DNA of 64,000 nt from contig OZ287749.1 in assembly GCA_965649765.1 (NCBI GenBank), positions 1,550,001 to 1,614,000 on the forward strand, in the 5' to 3' direction. This DNA comes from Bispira polyomma. Lineage: Eukaryota. This document shows, piece after piece, positions 1 to 12,431 of this stretch; within the stretch, counting starts at the first letter, position 1, and the number at the start of each line of letters is the position of its first letter. The notes below the pieces were generated by a model, which had not been told where the DNA came from, ran no database searches, and saw nothing but the letters and a program-made list of their open reading frames with translations. Made by a program: the position numbers and the translations under genes.

Positions 1-133
1 GGCGGGAAACTCCCGACCATGGACGCATTCGATTGGCTAGAGCTCAGTAAACAATCTTGCTAAATAAGTATACAGTAAAGTGTGAAATTTTGCCGACTGA
101 CTTGCCATGCTTTTCACCCCGCAGTGACATACA
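1..133 (-). repeat. E1 direct repeat, downstream (A2-like) copy
   Basis: ggcgggaaactcccgaccatggacgcat...ttgccatgcttttcacccgcagtgacataca matches 5360-5465 with substitutions and one ~27 bp indel. Confidence 0.9.
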
Positions 134-267
134 CAGTCTCTTAAAATTTAAGGTTATGTGTAGGTCAAAGACGAGGACAAAAAGATTCTAACTCTTTGGA
201 GAATTTTATTACATGGTAAGTTTATATACATCTGTACGTAAAAAATTAAGATATAGTTAATTTTTTA

Positions 268-1139
268 TTACTGCCAAAACCAAACAACTAAGTAATGACA
301 AATGGCGTCCGACCTCCAGCACCCGTGTTTCTGTATATGGTGTAATTTCACGTTTGCATTAAAAGCTAGTGAAGCCCCCGACCTTCTTAAACAGTGAAAT
401 GTGTGTGCTTGTGGTACTAGACCCACTTTAAGCACTTTAAGTACCCACTTTATAGGACGGGTGAGCAGGTATTTTTTGAACAAACTTCTTGCTGAAGTTA
501 CTGGACAAAGCCATTTATTTTATAAACACGGGAGCTGGATTACATTAACTTTGGTTCTGTCCTGATTCGTTTTGGACCATTTTAACACCAGATGAATCCC
601 AGGTTCAGCAAATAATACATCAGCTTATGTAAGGTAACGAGTGGGGTCAAATTTTCCCCCACTGGTGGGAGTAAGATTCGAGATTCTCAAAAACCCAAAG
701 AAAGCAAATAATATTGCTGTCCTATAAAGTTCTGGAAAAACTAGAGTTTCACAGAATTTACAAATTTGTTGAAGTTGGACAATGTCCAGTACCCCTTTGG
801 GTTTAGGAGAAAAATTCGAATTTATGGCCAGTGATTTTTGGTACATAGAATTTCTGTCATCATGGAGTTGTGTGTTATTTATGTTCAGCAACTTACACGA
901 GTGCCTTGTTGCTGACAAATAATTGTTAATCACTTTAGTTGAAATGTTGCATTGATGAAGGGATTCCATGAAAGCCAGTAATGTGGCAAAAGAGAAAGCT
1001 TCTTGTAAATTGTTGTATACCACAAAAGCTAGAAATAATCTAAATTGTTGAGAATATTGTTTCTGAGTTCTTGGTCTTTGGCTGTCCTGTATCTTTGTCA
1101 TGGCGTCATATATCAGAGATCTCACTGCTAGTGGATTAC
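268..1139 (-). pseudogene. E1 tyrosine recombinase
   Basis: FFGFLRISNL (catalytic R), HCLRRSGA (HxxR), HGCWRSDAICHY (H/W and Y). Interrupted by a stop at 625-627 and an indel near 480. Confidence 0.92.
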
Positions 1140-1145
1140 CTGAAA

Positions 1146-4020
1146 TTATATGTCATTGTCCATTGTAAATAAGTCTGTCTTGACTTCGTCCATAATGAAG
1201 TTATTCCTTATGTCATGTTTTATACTAGAACTATAAGTACCCAAGTTATGCCACCTGGACAAATTATCTGCAATCACGTTCTTTTTTCCCTCAATATGTG
1301 TAATTTCCACATTAAGATTATTTTCAACACAAATTAGCCATAAATTTCTCAGACACATGCTTAAATATGAATCTCTTGACTTAGCCGACTGCACAACAGA
1401 AACGACAGCTGCATTGTCAGACTGTATATGAACTGACTTATTTTTGAATTGGTCAATCCAAAAACGAATACTAACTAATACACTAAGCATTTCGAAATGA
1501 ACTTTTGATAAGTTCTGCCTAATACAAGGGGGAAGCACTGCTGTAAATACATGGCTTCTGATACACCGCCTATGCCCTGCAAGCAGTCATCTACTTGCAT
1601 GGGGACAAAATGATTCATCGTGTCATTATCATATTTCTTAGTTCCATTGAATTGTATTAAGAACCTTTTAAACCAATTGAAATCTCGTTTGAATTCATTT
1701 GTTAACTCGATTGTCTTTAAACTTGTGGCATTCCTTAAGATTGCCAACATGCGATTCATAAAAATCCTAGCCGGTTTAATACATCTATTTATGTATAATA
1801 ATTTCCCAAGTAGAGATTGATATTTTTTTTTCTAACTTTTTCTAAATTCTCGAATTCTATGACTGATTCATAAATCGAATTGAGTTTATCCTGGTCTATA
1901 CTGAGGGTTTTTTTACACACATCTATCGTGATGCCCATACATGTCACTCTAGTACTTGGTGCAACGAGTTTACTTTTGTTTACTGGAATACCTAGCTGAT
2001 GCATTAATTCTTGAAGGAACTTATATGCTAAGGTAGCCCTATTTTCAGTTTCTATAATCAAAAAATTGTCTATGTAGTTAAAGACCTTAAAGTGTTTTTT
2101 TTTTTCATTATGTACTCTAAGTACTGGAGTAGGAGTTTATCATGGTAGTCACTTAAATAGTGTTTCCACATGTCTATATTCAAGCCAGAAATCAAAGGAA
2201 TTCTGGCATTTAGATAATTTGGCTGACCTGTCAGTTTTATGCAATCAACTGTGTTACATATAGGGACATTGTGGTGTGTTGAAGAAAAACCGGTCTAGTT
2301 AGTACTAATGGTCTTACACTCTGCTGGAGTGATCTATTTATAGATTTGGGGAAACCCCTAAGCTTCTAGAAACCGGTTCTATTTTATTTCTGAAGGTTAT
2401 TAAAGTTGTATTCATATGTATATCTCATCTCTGGAATGTCCTAGCGATTGCTTACACATTCTAGCAACCTTCTCTAGCAGTGGTATATATAAGGGTTGAC
2501 AGCCTAGCCACAGACCAGAGTTAGTTGAGCTGAGGTGCTATATGAACTGCTATACTGTGAAACATTTTATTTCTTCTCCTGTGGATATAAAAAGTTTGTT
2601 ATATACATTTTGTGGTGAACTCATTGGAGTGAACTGGATATAAAGTTGTGGATCTACCAGAGATTGGATTTGCTGTAAATTGGATATTGTTTGCATCCTG
2701 GACTGGATAGCTTAGTTGTGCAGACTCTCTGGATATATACATTTTGTGTTCGTGGACACTGAACAGATAACAGGATACAGGCATTGTGTGGACATTGAGC
2801 GGATCTCAAGACAGATTGCTGGATACAGTGGACAAACTGGTTTAATTGTTATTTGAGTGGACAGGACTGTGGTCAGGTCAGATTGATTTCATTATTGTAT
2901 TATTGTGTGAGCTATTAAGGGTATCTCAGTTGACTGTAATTTTGTAATTGTATAATTTTGTAATTCTGTAATTGTTATTTTATTTGTTAAATAAATTTGT
3001 TAAGTGAAACTTTTTGTCTTTTCCTGTTACAACCTCAAAGCAACCGGTAATTGCTACCGCGCTGGCTCCCGTCACCGTAACAACTGTTTTTTTCAAAGTA
3101 CTGAAATCCCTAATGTCCACAGGTTTCCTACTTGGGCCTGTGAAGCCAATAGACAAATTCTTATTTTAAATAAAACCATAATCTCTGTCATCACAGTCTC
3201 TGATTGTGTCACTACTGGATATGTCCTCACTGTCATCCCTTGTATGTTGAGATAAATTGGATACTACACAGTCAGTATTGTCATAAGTCATTGTCATAGA
3301 ACTCTTGGTGTGAGATGTGGATTTTTCGTGTTGTGATGTAGGAAAACAGCTCAAATAAGTCTGTTGACTATCATACCTAATTGTGCTGTGACTTGTGGCT
3401 GTATCTATATTGTCTATGTCCTTGTCTATGTTTTAACATATCTTATCTATAATGTCTATGTAGTATTGTGTGTTTCCAGTTTTTGTCCTAGTGTGACTGA
3501 TGTGTTCTGTTTTGTTTTTGTGTGAATGTGTGTTTTGAAAAGTTTGTGTAACTGCTTGTACTTGTATTGTTGTTTGTACATAGAAGTTCAGTGGCCATAT
3601 ATTTGTCACTGAATATTCTGTTTTATCACAATATATCTGAAATACATCATTGCAAAACATTTGATACACCACATTCATTAAATCACTGTTCTTAAATTTT
3701 AAATAATACAATTGATAACCATCATAACTAATTGCATTACTTGTATATATATCAACAGTTTCACAGTTCTAAGTCTCTTCTTCTGGTAGTCCACCAGCTG
3801 AAGCATATTTTACATTAAAACTCATTTGCAATGAGTCAAACTTGCTCGTATTAATATCATTACACAATTGTTTATCAGTTCCTATATAATTTTGAATGTC
3901 ATTGCGGAAATTTCTGTCTTCATCATTAACCCTATTTGTATTAACCAGACTTTTACTATAAACGTCATGTGCGAATTCAGATACCTTTGTACTAGTTGGT
4001 TCTGTGTGCAGTCGACTGTC
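1146..4020 (-). pseudogene. E1 pol (RT / RNase H), disrupted
   Basis: RNase H motifs QVDDCLQGIGG, HFEMLSVL, SDNAAVV, HIEGKKNVIADNLSR. RT motif YIDN (YIDD in E2). Solo LTR inserted at 2252-3082. About 0.5 kb of the RT core is deleted near 2115 (LQYLEY joined to IM) relative to E2. Confidence 0.9.
2252..3082 (+). mobile_element. Solo LTR (Gypsy-type, 831 bp) inserted in E1 pol
   Basis: Ends TGTTAC...GTAACA. 4-bp TSD ACTG at 2248-2251 and 3083-3086. Internal TATATATAAG (~2484) and AATAAA (~2990). Removing it restores pol homology (DFSTLKKTV-DCIKLTGQPNYLNARIP vs E2 VANIIRATGTPNYKVARFP). Confidence 0.88.
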
Positions 4021-5174
4021 CTATTGTTGGGTCGTTCCTACTGTCGGCGTTTTCCCATGTAACTTAAAACATTTGGTTTCAGGATGTGTGTTTTCCTTTT
4101 TGTTGAAACAATAGCAATTTGCACAGATGTGTTTGAAGATTGTAGTCGAATTTTATTGGTCACCCTCTTGTGAGCATTGCCCCTTTTGATAATGGCGACA
4201 TGGCATTCAAGACTTTGTAGCAGTAATAGTAGCTGAGGTTGAGATGGACGCTTGTGAGTAGGAGAGCCTGTTAAGGCTCCATTTGTTTTCGTCTCCCCAC
4301 CCTAGTCTGCCCTCCTCCACATCGTGCATATTGCTGGCGTATGCGGTGCAAGCGACTGGCCATGAGATATTGCCGGCATCGCGAAGTGTGTCTGATAACT
4401 GCTTCAGCATAGCTCTAGCGACGTTACTGTTTCTAACTTCTATAATATTCTGTATCTGCCCCGATGCAAATTGTGTTGCTGATAGGTTGTCATAAGATGG
4501 GTGTTTTTATGGGCACCAGCTAAACAGCTTTCGTTTGGCCATCTGTATATGGGGTCCCTAGTACACATGTCTGAGGTGTTGAAACGCCCCGAATGCTTTT
4601 TCTGATGAAGCTTACCCTGTATTATGTCCTCTGCTGCCATGGACTCATACTGTTTCAATCTGAAATTGACCTCGTTCTGGACTAGTGCAGAGTGTCGTAA
4701 TACCTCTGGTGTGGGGTGAATGTCCCGTGTCGAATCGTCAGACCACTGTTGAGTAGGAGCAGGGTGTGTTCGACGTGAAGCACTAGTCTGGTGAGTTTGT
4801 GTCGACCAAAAGTCGTCAACACGTTGTGGTGTTCCGTATGGATCAGCCCTTTGGTTCCAGTCATCCTGGTTCCATGAGGTGGTGAGAGGGTTCGTGTGTC
4901 GAGCATGTTTCGGCTGTGCTGGTGTTTAATGTGAATTGTAGTCTAATAAAGGGTTACTACCTTGAGTGTCGTTGGTTTCATCGGGTTGGTCAGAAGATCC
5001 CTTACCCGTGTCGTGTTGCGAACGAGTATCTGGCTGTCTGTTTCTTTTCTTCATCTCGGACATATCTTTCTCTAACCTTGCTACAGTGCGAACCATCATT
5101 TCAATCATGGTTTGCTGGCATTTACACATATCTCGAAACATCTCTATCACACTTTTTTGTATAAACTTTCGCAC
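4021..5174 (-). pseudogene. E1 gag-like ORF (frameshifted)
   Basis: Homologous to E2 gag (WPNESCL, MLKQLSDTLRD, HDVEEGRL). C-terminal Cys/His cluster CRHYQKGQC...HICANC...HPETKC ends in CAA-TAG at 4026-4021. Confidence 0.85.
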
Positions 5175-5359
5175 ATACGATGTAAATCACTTCTCCCAAA
5201 AACATACGGTTAAAATATTGGGATTAAAATAACTAAAAACATAAAACTTGTAAAAATATAATATAAAATTCAGTTTTTGTCAATATGGCGTCTTAGCCAA
5301 GAATTTTTTACTTGTTTCCACCTTGGTTTCTTATTAATTAATGACAAATTTACAGGAAA

Positions 5360-5465
5360 GGCGGGAAACTCTCGACCATGGACGCATCTTGCTAATTAGG
5401 TTTACAGTAATGTGTGAAATTTTACCGACTGACTTGCCATGCTTCTCGCCCCGCAGTGACATACA
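5360..5465 (-). repeat. E1 direct repeat, 5' (A1-like) copy
   Basis: Matches 1-133. The element 5' end on the minus strand reads TGTATGTCACTGCGGG. Confidence 0.9.
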
Positions 5466-5990
5466 TAAGCCGACGTTGTCAGTTGGATTGTTTCTTTACT
5501 CCAGAATAGCAAGCAGTGGATCTTGGCTACTGTGTTTTGACTTTTCATAATGTTTGTCACTGTATTGTACGTTCAGCAAGTCCATTACTACATGGATAGT
5601 ATGGCGACGATGTCACATGCTGAAATACTGAAGTATTGAAGGTGCTGCACGCAAGTTGGTTTTCACAATTTGTTCTAATGGACGGTGGTCACTTTCAAGT
5701 AGTACAGCTTCTGTTAATGTCCATGTATTAAATACATCTCTTGATTCCTGACCAAGATACAAAAGGAAATAGTAACATTTTTCTTCATCAGTACTTTTAG
5801 AGAGAGGTTCCGCCAAACAAAGCTTTATGGTGTGTGACCTTTTTTAAGAATCTGACAAGTTGAAGATTTGAACTTTCAGGTCTTAAGCCATCCACAGTTG
5901 TTTTTGCTTGATTTGTACAACAGAATTATTCAGATTTATCTAGCAATGAGTCTGGCTGTCACAATATGACCTAAGGTGTTGGCAGCCATG
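5466..5990 (-). mobile_element. Heavily deleted Gypsy/Ty3 LTR-retrotransposon remnant
   Basis: ORF 5613-5816 fuses gag-like EEKCYYFLLYLGQESRDVFNTW to the Gypsy RNase H motif LESDHRPLEQI. Confidence 0.6.
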
Positions 5991-6288
5991 TAGATTCCAA
6001 CGAAATCCTATTGTTTTCTGATTCATTCCTTATTGTGGGCAAGTTGATTAGGTCCTTGTGGAGACTGGATTGTCTATAATGCATCAGCCCTGGTTTTCCA
6101 GTGAGCGTTAAATTTGGCCACCATGATAGGACGTTAAAGGAGGCTGTTAAAAGTGACCTAAAATCAAACTCAATTCAAACATGAAGAAATGAACGGGATT
6201 TAAACCTACATTGGTGAGAGGCAGGTGATTGAGAAGCTAACACGTCCAACTTCAAGGCATCAGAGTCACAGTTTAGAGTTGAACTCCT

Positions 6289-6521
6289 TTAACCCTTTAC
6301 GATCCCAAGAGTAAACTATCACCTGGAATTGAAGACAATTTCCGGGTAATAGGTTACAGATAGCTGGAGTCACTACAACGTACACTACAGACTATTACTG
6401 ACATTTAATAATGGCCTCATGCATAAAACTGGGAATTCTGCAGTACTTCCTTTGCAAGGAACTAAAGGAAAAGATAATCATATTTTAGTGGTGTCGACTG
6501 CTTGCTGACAGACAAAGGTTC
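6289..6521 (+). mobile_element. piggyBac-like non-autonomous element (copy 1)
   Basis: Begins TTAA-CCCTTT and is homologous along its length to 49010-49253 (taataggttacagata, ggagtcacta, ggaactaaagg, gtgtcgactgcttgc). Confidence 0.55.
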
Positions 6522-7369
6522 TGGTAGTAACATATAATCTCCGTGGTAGCCCACAATATAGCTGTCAAAAAGGTGAAGTATGTAGAAGCTCATCATTGTT
6601 ACTTTCTGTTTTCTGCTGTAGTCTCTAAAGAGGTTGGATACTCTGGGAGAGAAAATACTATGAGAAGTACAGCCAGTGCAGTTGATGTTAGTTCTATAGC
6701 AAATGTATCTGGGCACAGATGAATATTGTTTGTGTATGTAAACTACACCACTCATGTAACTCAGAGTAACAGCATCCTCCTGTGAAAATACTAGGATCGA
6801 AGACATGCTACACACACCCACAAAGCTTAGTTGTACTGCTGATGTTGTTTCATAAATATGTTATAGTAGGATATATATATGTGGTTTAATTTGATTAAAG
6901 CAATTAAGGCTTTTTGTAATCCAGTCTTTTTTCTGTTTTAATTTTTAAATAGTCATTCCTTGATTAAATGGGAAAAAGCTGAAATGAGTCTATTATCTGA
7001 GGTAATTGTAAATACAAAAAGTCCAACTGATAAACACGGTGATATGCTGTGAACATACTGCGCCATCAACTCACTGTGTCTTTTTGTCAACCATTTGAAG
7101 TATGGGTGTTGGATTCGAATCTTATGAAGTGTTATTTGTGAGATCTGATTGGGTGAGGGGTATCAACAAACAGCTTTGTAATTCGTTGCGTGGTCCTGAA
7201 AAGGACTTTTTGGGGGTTAGAGCTACTGTGACATCTCAGGCTCGGGGTGGCTTCTTATCAGGCTCAGGTGGTTAGGCTCAAGTCAGGCTCAGGTTAGGTT
7301 CAGATCAGACTTCATAGTCGGTCATTCTACCACTGGACTACCCCCTCATTCATGAAATAGTTCATCAAA

Positions 7370-8330
7370 GTGTTCCTTAACTCTTTCACCCTTCTAGATA
7401 GATTTCTATTTTCATTGGCTAATTCATCCCCCAACAGCTGCGTCTCAGGCTCAGGCAGATCATCTTGTGTAATGTTTGTGGCTAATAAAAAATGTTGTTA
7501 CATGGTCGTGAGTAGAACCTGGAACCTACTGACCAATATTCTGAAGGCATTTTCAATCCTCCTATCCCTAGAGATTCTGTAGTTGCATATCCTTTGAGTG
7601 TTAGTGAGTTCTCTCCTGGAATAAGGTTTTATTAACCAGGGCATCAGAACGAAGGCGTCGTCCCCCAGTAGGCAGTAGTTCACATTATGTCTGGATCTTT
7701 CAAATAGTGGTTCAGGTCTCGGCAGCCTGATGGATCCGTCTTCCAACTTTTGTTTCAGTTCCTAATGGTTAAAAATTTGAGCATCTGAACAAGAACCATG
7801 GCATCCAAGGTCCACCAAAATTAATCTTTAGTCACCATCAACCACAGGACTAACAGCACAATCGAATGGAACCATTTGTAGTTGTGATATTCACTGCCAG
7901 CCTTTCGAGGTTTCTTGATGGCTGCATGTTTCCCACAATGGAGGTCACAGCATAAGGGATGTGACATCTTTTTCTGCATACTTCTTCAAGTTTCATCCAG
8001 TCTGCGAGGAAGTTGGGCTGGATAGATTTTCTGCCTCGTATTCTTGAGATATGGATTCTTGCAGATCTCTAGGACGAAATTGCTGTTCGTAGATTTTTCC
8101 ACCCTGAATTGGTAGGAGAAGGAACCGTACTTCTTCCCAGTGGCCAGGTGCCTCAAGGTGACTGCCAGTTTAAGTTCCACATCCAAGGGCTTTCTGCAGC
8201 AAGTTGTGGTTCTTTTCCCATGGGGTGTGATCCTCTCCTTGATTTCCAGGAATAGCTGTGAAGGCAACCTGAAGAAGTTTCTGTATGAATTTCCATTCCA
8301 TTCCATTCCCTTAACTCAAAAAAAAACAAC
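7370..8330 (-). pseudogene. PIF/Harbinger DDE transposase remnant
   Basis: YRNFFRL..., KLAVTLRHLATG..Y.S.SYQFRV..ST, LLGDDAF..MPWLIKPY, NYRISR.RR.IENAF.ILVSRF. Multiple frameshifts. Confidence 0.88.
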
Positions 8331-8852
8331 AATAACCTAGCCTCCTTATACATTCTCTCTGGTCGATGGTATTGTACTCAATTTTCTATTTGATAGGTTT
8401 TAGGGCTCAAAAGGGGTATATATATATATAGGGTCAGATAGCATTGGCATAGCAGTCCCGACCTTGATTTTGAGAGGTTTAATCCTGAGGAAAGGGGGTA
8501 TCTGTTAAATCCTATTGCCAATACGGTCAATCCTAGGGTGATACGTCAGATCCTATCGCGAATCAGTTCGATCCTATATTGGTTGGGAAGGCCGGGTCAG
8601 CTTTAGGTTCATAGTCGTAGACTTCAAAGTCGATCAGGATTCGTGTCTAGTCAAAACAGGACACAATCAGTTTGATCTGGAAGGTCCTCCCAAATTTACA
8701 TTTTCCCGCCTAAAATGTTTAATTGATTGTTTTTATTAGCCTTCATTATTAAATCGGACCCATTTTCTTGATTGTACTTAATAGTGGAAACGCTACATTA
8801 GATGTAGTAACATTAGAATATGTCATATTAGAAGTATCCCATGGCAAACTGA

Positions 8853-9353
8853 TCAAGAATTATCTCCCCAGTTGATTTTAAGAATACTTTCAGGATAAAC
8901 ATATCTACTTTGGGTGAAATTTAAAGCATTACTAAACAATAAATTGATGACAGCTTGATCAAACCGGTGACAGTCCCAATATGGTTTATAAAAATTTTCA
9001 CGCTTACACTCAACATTTGCTCCAGCCGGTGCAATGCAGTCTTGGTCCAAGGCACAAAAGACAAACCAATAAAGTATATTTTCCATGATCCATTTGGTCC
9101 TATAAAACAGTGCAGTTCCACCTCCATACTGACTTGTACGACTTTGCCTTGATTGGTCAGTTGGTAAGTAAGTGTATGTGGCTGGATGCGTTGCAACGAA
9201 GTTAGCATGAGTGGCAGGGTTATTGCTAAACAGAACGCCTCCTTCAGTCTTCGATATGATATAGTTGAATAGGTGAGAAAGATCCTGAGCTTTTTCTGTT
9301 AGCCGTACACTTGCATCAATCCAGAAGACAGCCGGGTGATCTTGAAGCATCTC
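8853..9353 (-). CDS. DUF1647-family (glycosyltransferase-like) protein, last coding exon
   Basis: Acceptor TTTAG|GAG at 9354/9353, phase 0. Encodes EMLQDHPAVFWIDASVR...CALDQDCIAP...CHRFDQAVINLL, motifs characteristic of DUF1647. Stop TGA at 8855-8853. Confidence 0.85.
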   Translation of the reverse strand, partial: EMLQDHPAVFWIDASVRLTEKAQDLSHLFNYIISKTEGGVLFSNNPATHANFVATHPATYTYLPTDQSRQSRTSQYGGGTALFYRTKWIMENILYWFVFCALDQDCIAPAGANVECKRENFYKPYWDCHRFDQAVINLLFSNALNFTQSRYVYPESILKINWGDNS

Positions 9354-11438
9354 CTAAATTATAATACAGTGCAAATTGTGTATAATGACCATTCAAGGAA
9401 ATGCTTCAAAATGGTCTCATCTGGAAGTTGGTATTTCTAAAGAATGTGGTGTCCAGACCTTTTTTGTAACAATGCAAGACTTAGTCTCATAGTTAGGTCA
9501 GCTATCATCAAACATTCTTGTCATTTTTGTTATAACATTAACAGCCTTCTTTTGTAGGTGATTTCTTAATATTATTAAAATGCCAGAGGTTATTAATGAA
9601 TGATAAAAATTAATACACTTCGGGTTTGTAGACCTGGTTGTGATGTAAACTGGGTTACTTGATACTATTAGAAATAAGGAAAAATATAAATAACTTTGAG
9701 GCTAGAAATTTGTGATATGGCCTGTTATATTTTGAAGTGGTCTCTTCTATACAGGTTAAGTATTGCTATTTGGAATAGTTAAAGTGTTCTCTAGTCACAA
9801 CTTGGGAGTGGTCTTTTCATGCATGTAAGTATTCAAAGTAGTCTTCAATCGGGAGTGGTCTCTCTTTGAGAGTAGTCAACATTACATCTACGACTGTATT
9901 GAGTAAGGTGCCAGGAGTATGACAAATTAGTGTTGGTAATGACAAGGGCTAAACAAATTCGCGAATTCATGAACAGGATACAGCCATATTGAAAATAGTT
10001 CTCCCTACTATGACAGCATTAGGGTTTAGTGTTACCCATAAGGTTTAGTGTTACCCTTAGGGTTTAGCTTTATGTGTCCATATGTCAAATCCAATTTGGC
10101 TAAACCCTGTCCAGTGAATTCTAGAATCGTTCGATGGCAAGTCAATATAGAAACAGAAACATGTATTTATCAGCCATTTATGTTTTTCTTTCACATCTGA
10201 CATGATGTATTTGTTGCTGCTTTAATTTAGCTTACCTTGGGCTTAACAATGTGTTCTACATCAATGTGTTATAACCCAAAGGGCACTTCACTGGCAGAGG
10301 ACATCAGAACAGGGCAGTTAGTCAATGCTTTCTACTCTACAAGCCATGTGCTTTCAGCAAGACTACTGCCAACTTTCCTACATACAGACCAGGGGCATGG
10401 AAATCGAAACCTTGGCAAATGGAACGAACGTGTACTGAGATATCTACGAGACAGAAACTGAACAACTCTGTGGGTAAATGGAAAGCATTGGTGAAGTTAT
10501 AGTTAGTTCAGCCCAAACGAAGGCCTATCTAATGTGGTTCTATGGCATCATATAATGTGGTTAAAATATAAATGCAGTATATATTCCATCTAACATACAC
10601 TAAGCTTTAGGATGTCTTATACATAATTATTTAAATCATAATGTGTAACAAGAAGTAATGTGTATTCGATATTTATAACTTAGCAATAAAGGTAAAACAC
10701 AATGGACTCGTGTACAGCCCCAACTAAATTATCTGAAACATACCAAGACAAAAATGTAGGAGTGCATTGGCAAAAATCGACGTCAACATTATTAGTGATT
10801 TTTTTACAGGCTGTATTTGACCTGAACATTATTATTGATTTTTGTATAGGCTGTATATGACATAGAAATTTAAATGTAGTGTGTAACTGGACTTTAAATT
10901 ACTTTTGGTCTTTTTATTATCACTTTTATTGCTTTATTGGTGAATATATTGTCTAACTGATACCTAACAACAAAGTCTGGGTTGTCGTTAAAAGTGGAGG
11001 GGTTTACAAACATGTTAACAGTAAACTAGCAACAGCTTGCACCTACACAACACCTAATTAACTGGTTTGTGCAACAAAGGCTTGGATTTACAGGCCACGT
11101 GGCCGAGATTCAAACCTACAATGGCAGAGGTGGGACACGGGTGTGTCACCAGTAGAATTCTACACCTCTAATGCCACCTTTCGAAATCTTACAAGGAATA
11201 TTGGTTGCTACTTTAGTTTAGCTTAATGTGGGCTAAACATCGCTGTCAACATATTAGTTTCCTATCACAAATGACAGTTCAGTTGTGGAAGAAATCCAAA
11301 CAGGAGAGCTGTTCAAGGTTTCCTGCCACTTCCAACGTGTCCTATGAAAAATGATATTTTATTTCATAGATGGAACCTTCCAAAAGTTTAAATTTATACA
11401 CTGCTAACTTTTTTAAGATGTATATATTTTAAACTTAC

Positions 11439-11543
11439 AGAAATGATAAGAGGCTTCCAAACACAGTGCAGTAACTGGTGTACGTGTGGGGGATATTTGG
11501 AGAAATCCAGTTTCTTGTATTCCACATTATCCATAGATTTAAT
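11439..11543 (-). CDS. DUF1647 gene, internal exon (35 codons; absent from the ORF track)
   Basis: Acceptor TTAACAG and donor GTAAGT, phase 0/0. Encodes IKSMDNVEYKKLDFSKYPPHVHQLLHCVWKPLIIS (F.KYP.HV and WKPLII motifs). Confidence 0.85.
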
Positions 11544-12257
11544 CTGTTAAACATAATCTAAACATTTATCAGTTGTTACATGAATGGCCACTCTATCCTT
11601 TACAGTACCAATGTGTCGATTTGAGCCATTTTTGGTGCTACAAAATGGATATTAATGCCAACTGGAAATGTATGACTGCCAAACCGTTTGGGCTATTTTT
11701 CACACTTTGTAATACCAACTGGAAATCACTATTAGAGTGCTAATGTATAAATTGAGACAGTTTTTGTTCAAGCTTCATGAATTGTGCAAATATTTAAACT
11801 TTGAAAATACTTACATAAATGCTGAATATTATTAGAAAAATTATAGATATCATCTAAGCTTTTTGCTATCCAAGTTATTGAGGCAGACTATTAGAACTCG
11901 TATGTATTGTCAGTGTATTGTCAGTGTATTGTCAGTCTTGTCTCAGTTTTTCTACCTTTTGTCTTGCAATTTCCTCCTCTATGTATGATGTTCTTTTTGA
12001 CTGTCATGTTATTTTGTCTTATTATCTGATCATGTAGCTCATGTAATTTAACTATTACATGTAAATAAACGATAATAAAAAAACATAAATTATTTTAAAA
12101 TCATTAGCTTGAGGGGGCCATTAGTCTATTAGAATGGTACAGGTCATGTGACCACCTGTAAGCTAATGAAATCCTATAATACAAGAGATACTATTGACTC
12201 GGTCAGAATAACAGGATCAGAATGGAATGTAACAATCCCGATCAACTGTCCAGTTAC

Positions 12258-12431
12258 CTGGTCTATCCATTCCTGTGTGGTTATCCCTAAATCATAGAAG
12301 ATCACCTTCCTTGACCTCTGGTATTTCCTCACTGTGTCCAGACAATAGAGTGAGGCTTTAGTGTGATTCTCACTGGCCGCTGTCACAAACACAAACTCCT
12401 CCACACTGGATTTGTTCAGCTGTATGTAATC
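12258..12431 (-). CDS. DUF1647 gene, internal exon (58 codons)
   Basis: Acceptor TTTTCCAG and donor CAG|GTAACT, phase 0/0. Encodes DYIQLNKSSVEEFVFVTAASENH...KVIFYDLG (FVTAAS.NH and YDLG motifs). Confidence 0.85.

Larger units (their letters stand above)
1..5465 (-). mobile_element. Ngaro-like tyrosine-recombinase retrotransposon E1 (decayed; 3' end runs off the left edge of the window)
   Basis: Minus-strand order gag (4021-5174), RT/RNase H (1146-4020), YR (268-1139). Direct repeat at 1-133 and 5360-5465 fits a split-direct-repeat A1...B1-A2 layout. No methyltransferase domain seen. Confidence 0.9.
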
